The position numbers were made by a program, and so were the translations under genes. The notes beneath the pieces were generated by a model that made no database searches, was not told where the DNA came from, and worked only from the letters and a program-made list of their open reading frames with translations. Shown piece after piece: positions 44,431 to 47,940 of a stretch of 47,940 nucleotides of DNA. Origin of the DNA: Octopus sinensis. Taxonomy: Eukaryota. The DNA lies in assembly GCF_006345805.1 (NCBI RefSeq), contig NW_021834515.1, positions 1 to 47,940 on the forward strand, in the 5' to 3' direction. Position 1 is the first letter of the stretch. Each line of letters starts with the position of its first letter.

Positions 44431-44603
44431 CACATATATACGACAGGCTTCTTTCAGTTGCCGTCTACCAAATCCACTCACAAGGCATTGGTCGGCCCGG
44501 GGCTATAGCAGAAGACACTTGTCCAAGATGCCACGCAGTGGGACTGAACCCGGAACCATGCGGTTGGTTAGCAAGCTACTTACCACAGAGCCACTCCTGC
44601 GCC
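44170..44603 (-). mobile_element. Full-length tRNA-derived SINE (same family as 5626-6010)
   Basis: Minus strand starts GGCGCAGGAGTGGCTCTGTGGTAAG, B box GGTTCAGTCCC, internal microsatellite, LINE-like tail. Confidence 0.88.
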
Positions 44604-44887
44604 TATATATGTATATATACATATATATATACGTATATATACATATATATACGTATATATACATATATATATATGTATATACACATATATATATATATGT
44701 ATATATACATATACATATATACGTATATATACATATATATATACATATATATATATACGTATATATACATATATACGTATATATATATACGTATATATAC
44801 TTATATATATATACATAAATATATATGTATACATCCATATATATATATGTATATATACGTATATATCTATATACTTATATATACATA

Positions 44888-45413
44888 TCTCTATATATAA
44901 AACTGAAATGCGTTTTTACCGCTTGGTTCGCTTTCAATGCCACTACATCCCGTCCGATTCGCTCCAAAATTTACAGGGACAAGTAGAATGAGGTGACGAT
45001 GCGCGTGGGCTACCTTAGAAATCCCTATCTTAAAAGGTGTGGTTGCTAGGGGCCATCTCCCTCACTCACCCTATTTCCTACAGTACTCTCTCACTCCTCT
45101 TCAAGAGACAATGCAACTACCGTTATTTAATGTAAAGTCTTCCTCAAATCACTCGCTATTTACTCTCTTCCAAGAACATTTTCACTCACTCTATCTCTTA
45201 CCTTCCTATACATTTTACTCATGTATCTATCAGCGTCATAGACAGTAACAAATATTACATCGCCATCCCCATCGCCATCGCATTCTATTGTCTACCTGTC
45301 AACACACACACATATATCTAATATTATATTTTTATGTTTTGGTTCTTTTATTGTTTCATTTCCCTATTAGTGGTTTGATCTCTAATTTAATTTCTACAGT
45401 GTGCACACACACA

Positions 45414-45448
<35 letters not shown>

Positions 45449-47940
45449 CCCTATATGTGGCTCCAGTAGACCCCGAATGAAATCGGGTTCTCTTCATCAA
45501 AATGTGAAAAGGGATCTAGAATTATCATCGCCACCACCAACACACAATCATGACAACCTTTCTCTTAAAACAAATCATGTTTACATTGCAAAATATTTCA
45601 TTTTACCGTCCTCTCTTTCTGATATGTGACCCAGGTTTGGGTGGCCGCACAGCTACAATTAAACAACGGCTAAAACATTCGATGTTGATGATGCCTGGAT
45701 CGTTCCATTCAACCCTTTGCTTTCCAAAACATTTAATGCACACATTAATGTTGAGTACTGCAGTTCGGTGAGATGCATACAATACCTCTGCAAGTAAATT
45801 AATAAGGGCGATGATATGGCCGTGTTTGTGTTCAGTGATGAAGACCTTAGACATGACGAAACTAAACAATTCGTTTTGGGTAGGTATGTATCCTGCAATT
45901 AAGCAGCGTGGCGCATTTTTGGATACGAGATTCATCTAAGCTCACCATCAGTTTTCCACCTGAATGTTCATTTACAGAAGAGACAGCTGGTTTACTTCAC
46001 AGAGAAAAATGCACGTCAAGTCATTGAAAATCCAAAAGGGACTACGCTTACAGCATTTTTTAAATTGTGTTCAGTTGATGAGTTTGCTGCTACTCTCATT
46101 TACCTGAAGTACCGGAATATACACATACAACAAAACAATAATTGGAAGCGCAGGTCACATGGAACAGAACTTGCCAATTGGCCCGGTGTTTCTAGGAAGA
46201 ACGTCATTGGGCGTGTGTATAATATTCATCCTACCAAACAGGAAATCTTTTTGAGAATGCTACTTCATGTAGTTACTGGACCGAAGTCTTTTGCTGATCT
46301 TCGCACGGTTGATGGTATCATCTGCGCCACTTACAGGAAAGCATGTTTGAGGCGCAGACTTCTTCTCAATGACGACCACTTACACAGGACATTAGCAGAG
46401 GCCTCAAATTGTAAACTGCTATGGCAAATGCGTCGATTGTTTTGTAGCATATTAATCCACTGTAATCCCACCAACCCTCTTAACCTTTGGGAATCGTTCA
46501 GACAGAGCCTATCAAAGGACATACAGGCTAATTTAGCGCTACGTGATGGCAACGACGATGTTTATAATGAGGCATTAATCGTCATGGACAGACACATCAG
46601 ACGCTATGTTATACGCGGTTTAAGTGAATTCATCTGCCAACACCTGTCCATCATGAAGCGCCTGGGATGTTGAATACATGTCAGAAAAAAACTACAACAT
46701 TGCCGATTGACGGAAACAATTACGCGAGATGAATGACCAAGACTTTTGCCTGAACAAAGAGAGATTATAATGAAATTATTGACAGCGTTAGATTGAACCA
46801 AGGAAAGCTTTTCTTTTTTAATGCTCCTGGTGGTACTGGTAAAACTTTCGTTATCAATTTGATTCTCGCAAAGCTGCGCGCTGAACGTCGAATTGCCATT
46901 GCATGTGCCTCAAGTCGTATTGCAGCGACACTGCTTCAAGGCGGCCGTACGGTACATAGTGCATTCAAATTGCCCATGGACATTAGAAAGAAAGATAATC
47001 CTATATGTAATATAGATCGTAGTTCCTCAAGAGCAAGTCTTCTTCGTGAATGCAGTCTTTTTATTTGGGATGAGGCTACAATGAGTAATAAGGCCATGTT
47101 TGAGGCTCTTGACAGAACTCTCCAAGATTTGCATCACAATAACAAATAATGGGTGGAGCTACGTTTCTCATGGCAGGAGATTTTCGACAAACTATTCCTG
47201 TTGTCCGAGCAGGCACTAGAGCTGATGAGGTTAATGCATGTATAAAGCATTCTTTTGTGTGGCACAGTGTTATCAGTCGCCATCTTCAAACAAACATGAG
47301 AGTCCACCTACATGGTGATGTGGAGTCTGAGGCTTTCGCAAAACACCTATTAGATCTTGGTGATGGAGTTTGCCTTTCGTTGATGATGAGCATATTCGGT
47401 TGCCTTTGGGGAATTTCGTTCCAAATGTAGAAGAACTTATAAGAGCCGTTTTACCTGACATCGAAACCAACTTCCAGGATCTCGATTGGCTAAGAGCAAG
47501 AGCTATTCTATCGCCTCATAATACAACAGCTCATGCTACAAATAAACAAGTACTTGATATGAATCCTGGTGAGATAGTTTCTTCATGTCCATCGATACAA
47601 ATAAAGATGAGAATGATGCAGTCAAATATCACCCGAGCTACTCAACAAGCTAACACCTCCGGGACTTCCACTCATCATTTGTGTTTGAAAGTTGGTGCTC
47701 CAATCATGGTGCTCAGAAATATGGAAACGCCTAAGATATGCAATGGAACCCGAATGGTTATTAGGAGGATTCAAAGCCATGTTATAACTGCTGAAATTTT
47801 GAGTGGACCATTGTAGGAACAATCAAAATGATACATAAAATGAGTATTTCACCCTCTGATGTTCCCATTCAGTTTAAAACGCTTTCAATTTCCAATAAAA
47901 CTATGCTTCGCGATGACAATCAACAAGTCACAGGGACAAT
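44888..47940 (+). mobile_element. Helitron with decayed Rep/PIF1-helicase coding region; runs off the window end
   Basis: A|TCTCTATATATAAAAC 5' end; Rep C-terminal part WIVPFNPLL..HINVEYC..YLCK.INKGDD; helicase NAPGGTGKTF, GRTVHSAFKLP, IWDEATM, GDFRQ, LKVGAPIMVLRN, CNGTR; the HUH motif region appears deleted. Confidence 0.9.

Noticed and set aside
262-44900. Dozens of Y/I/C/V/H/T-rich ORFs in the track
   Set aside because: They are translations of (TA)n/(CA)n microsatellites, which lack stop codons in several frames.

Overview
AT-rich animal genomic DNA, most likely an octopod cephalopod (inferred from the SINE/RTE families and the density of (TA)n/(CA)n tracts; not provable from sequence alone). 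The only host gene visible is GNPAT (peroxisomal DHAP acyltransferase): three consecutive coding exons on the minus strand (30077-30228, 21612-21742, 19777-19997) with canonical splice sites and compatible phases. Everything else is intronic and mostly transposon-derived: three copies of a CR1/L2-group LINE (one nearly full length), four RTE LINE fragments, tRNA-derived SINEs, two mariners, a DD37D maT fragment, two piggyBac derivatives, Helitrons, and at least five Penelope-like elements (PLEs: two Naiad-type, one Neptune-type, two older fragments). The main result of the hunt is about ten distinct type I hammerhead-ribozyme-like motifs in PLE termini and orphan repeats, folded by eye and untested. 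The best case is a very young, ORF-less 362-bp tandem repeat (930-1905) with two hammerhead-like motifs per unit, both with the compensatory U3:A8 core (UUGAAAA), i.e. a candidate retrozyme/circular RNA. Several of these motifs sit inside long fold-back structures. A SINE and the LINE also share a 3' tail whose stem-loop shows compensatory base changes. Most short ORFs in the supplied track are microsatellite or antisense artefacts.
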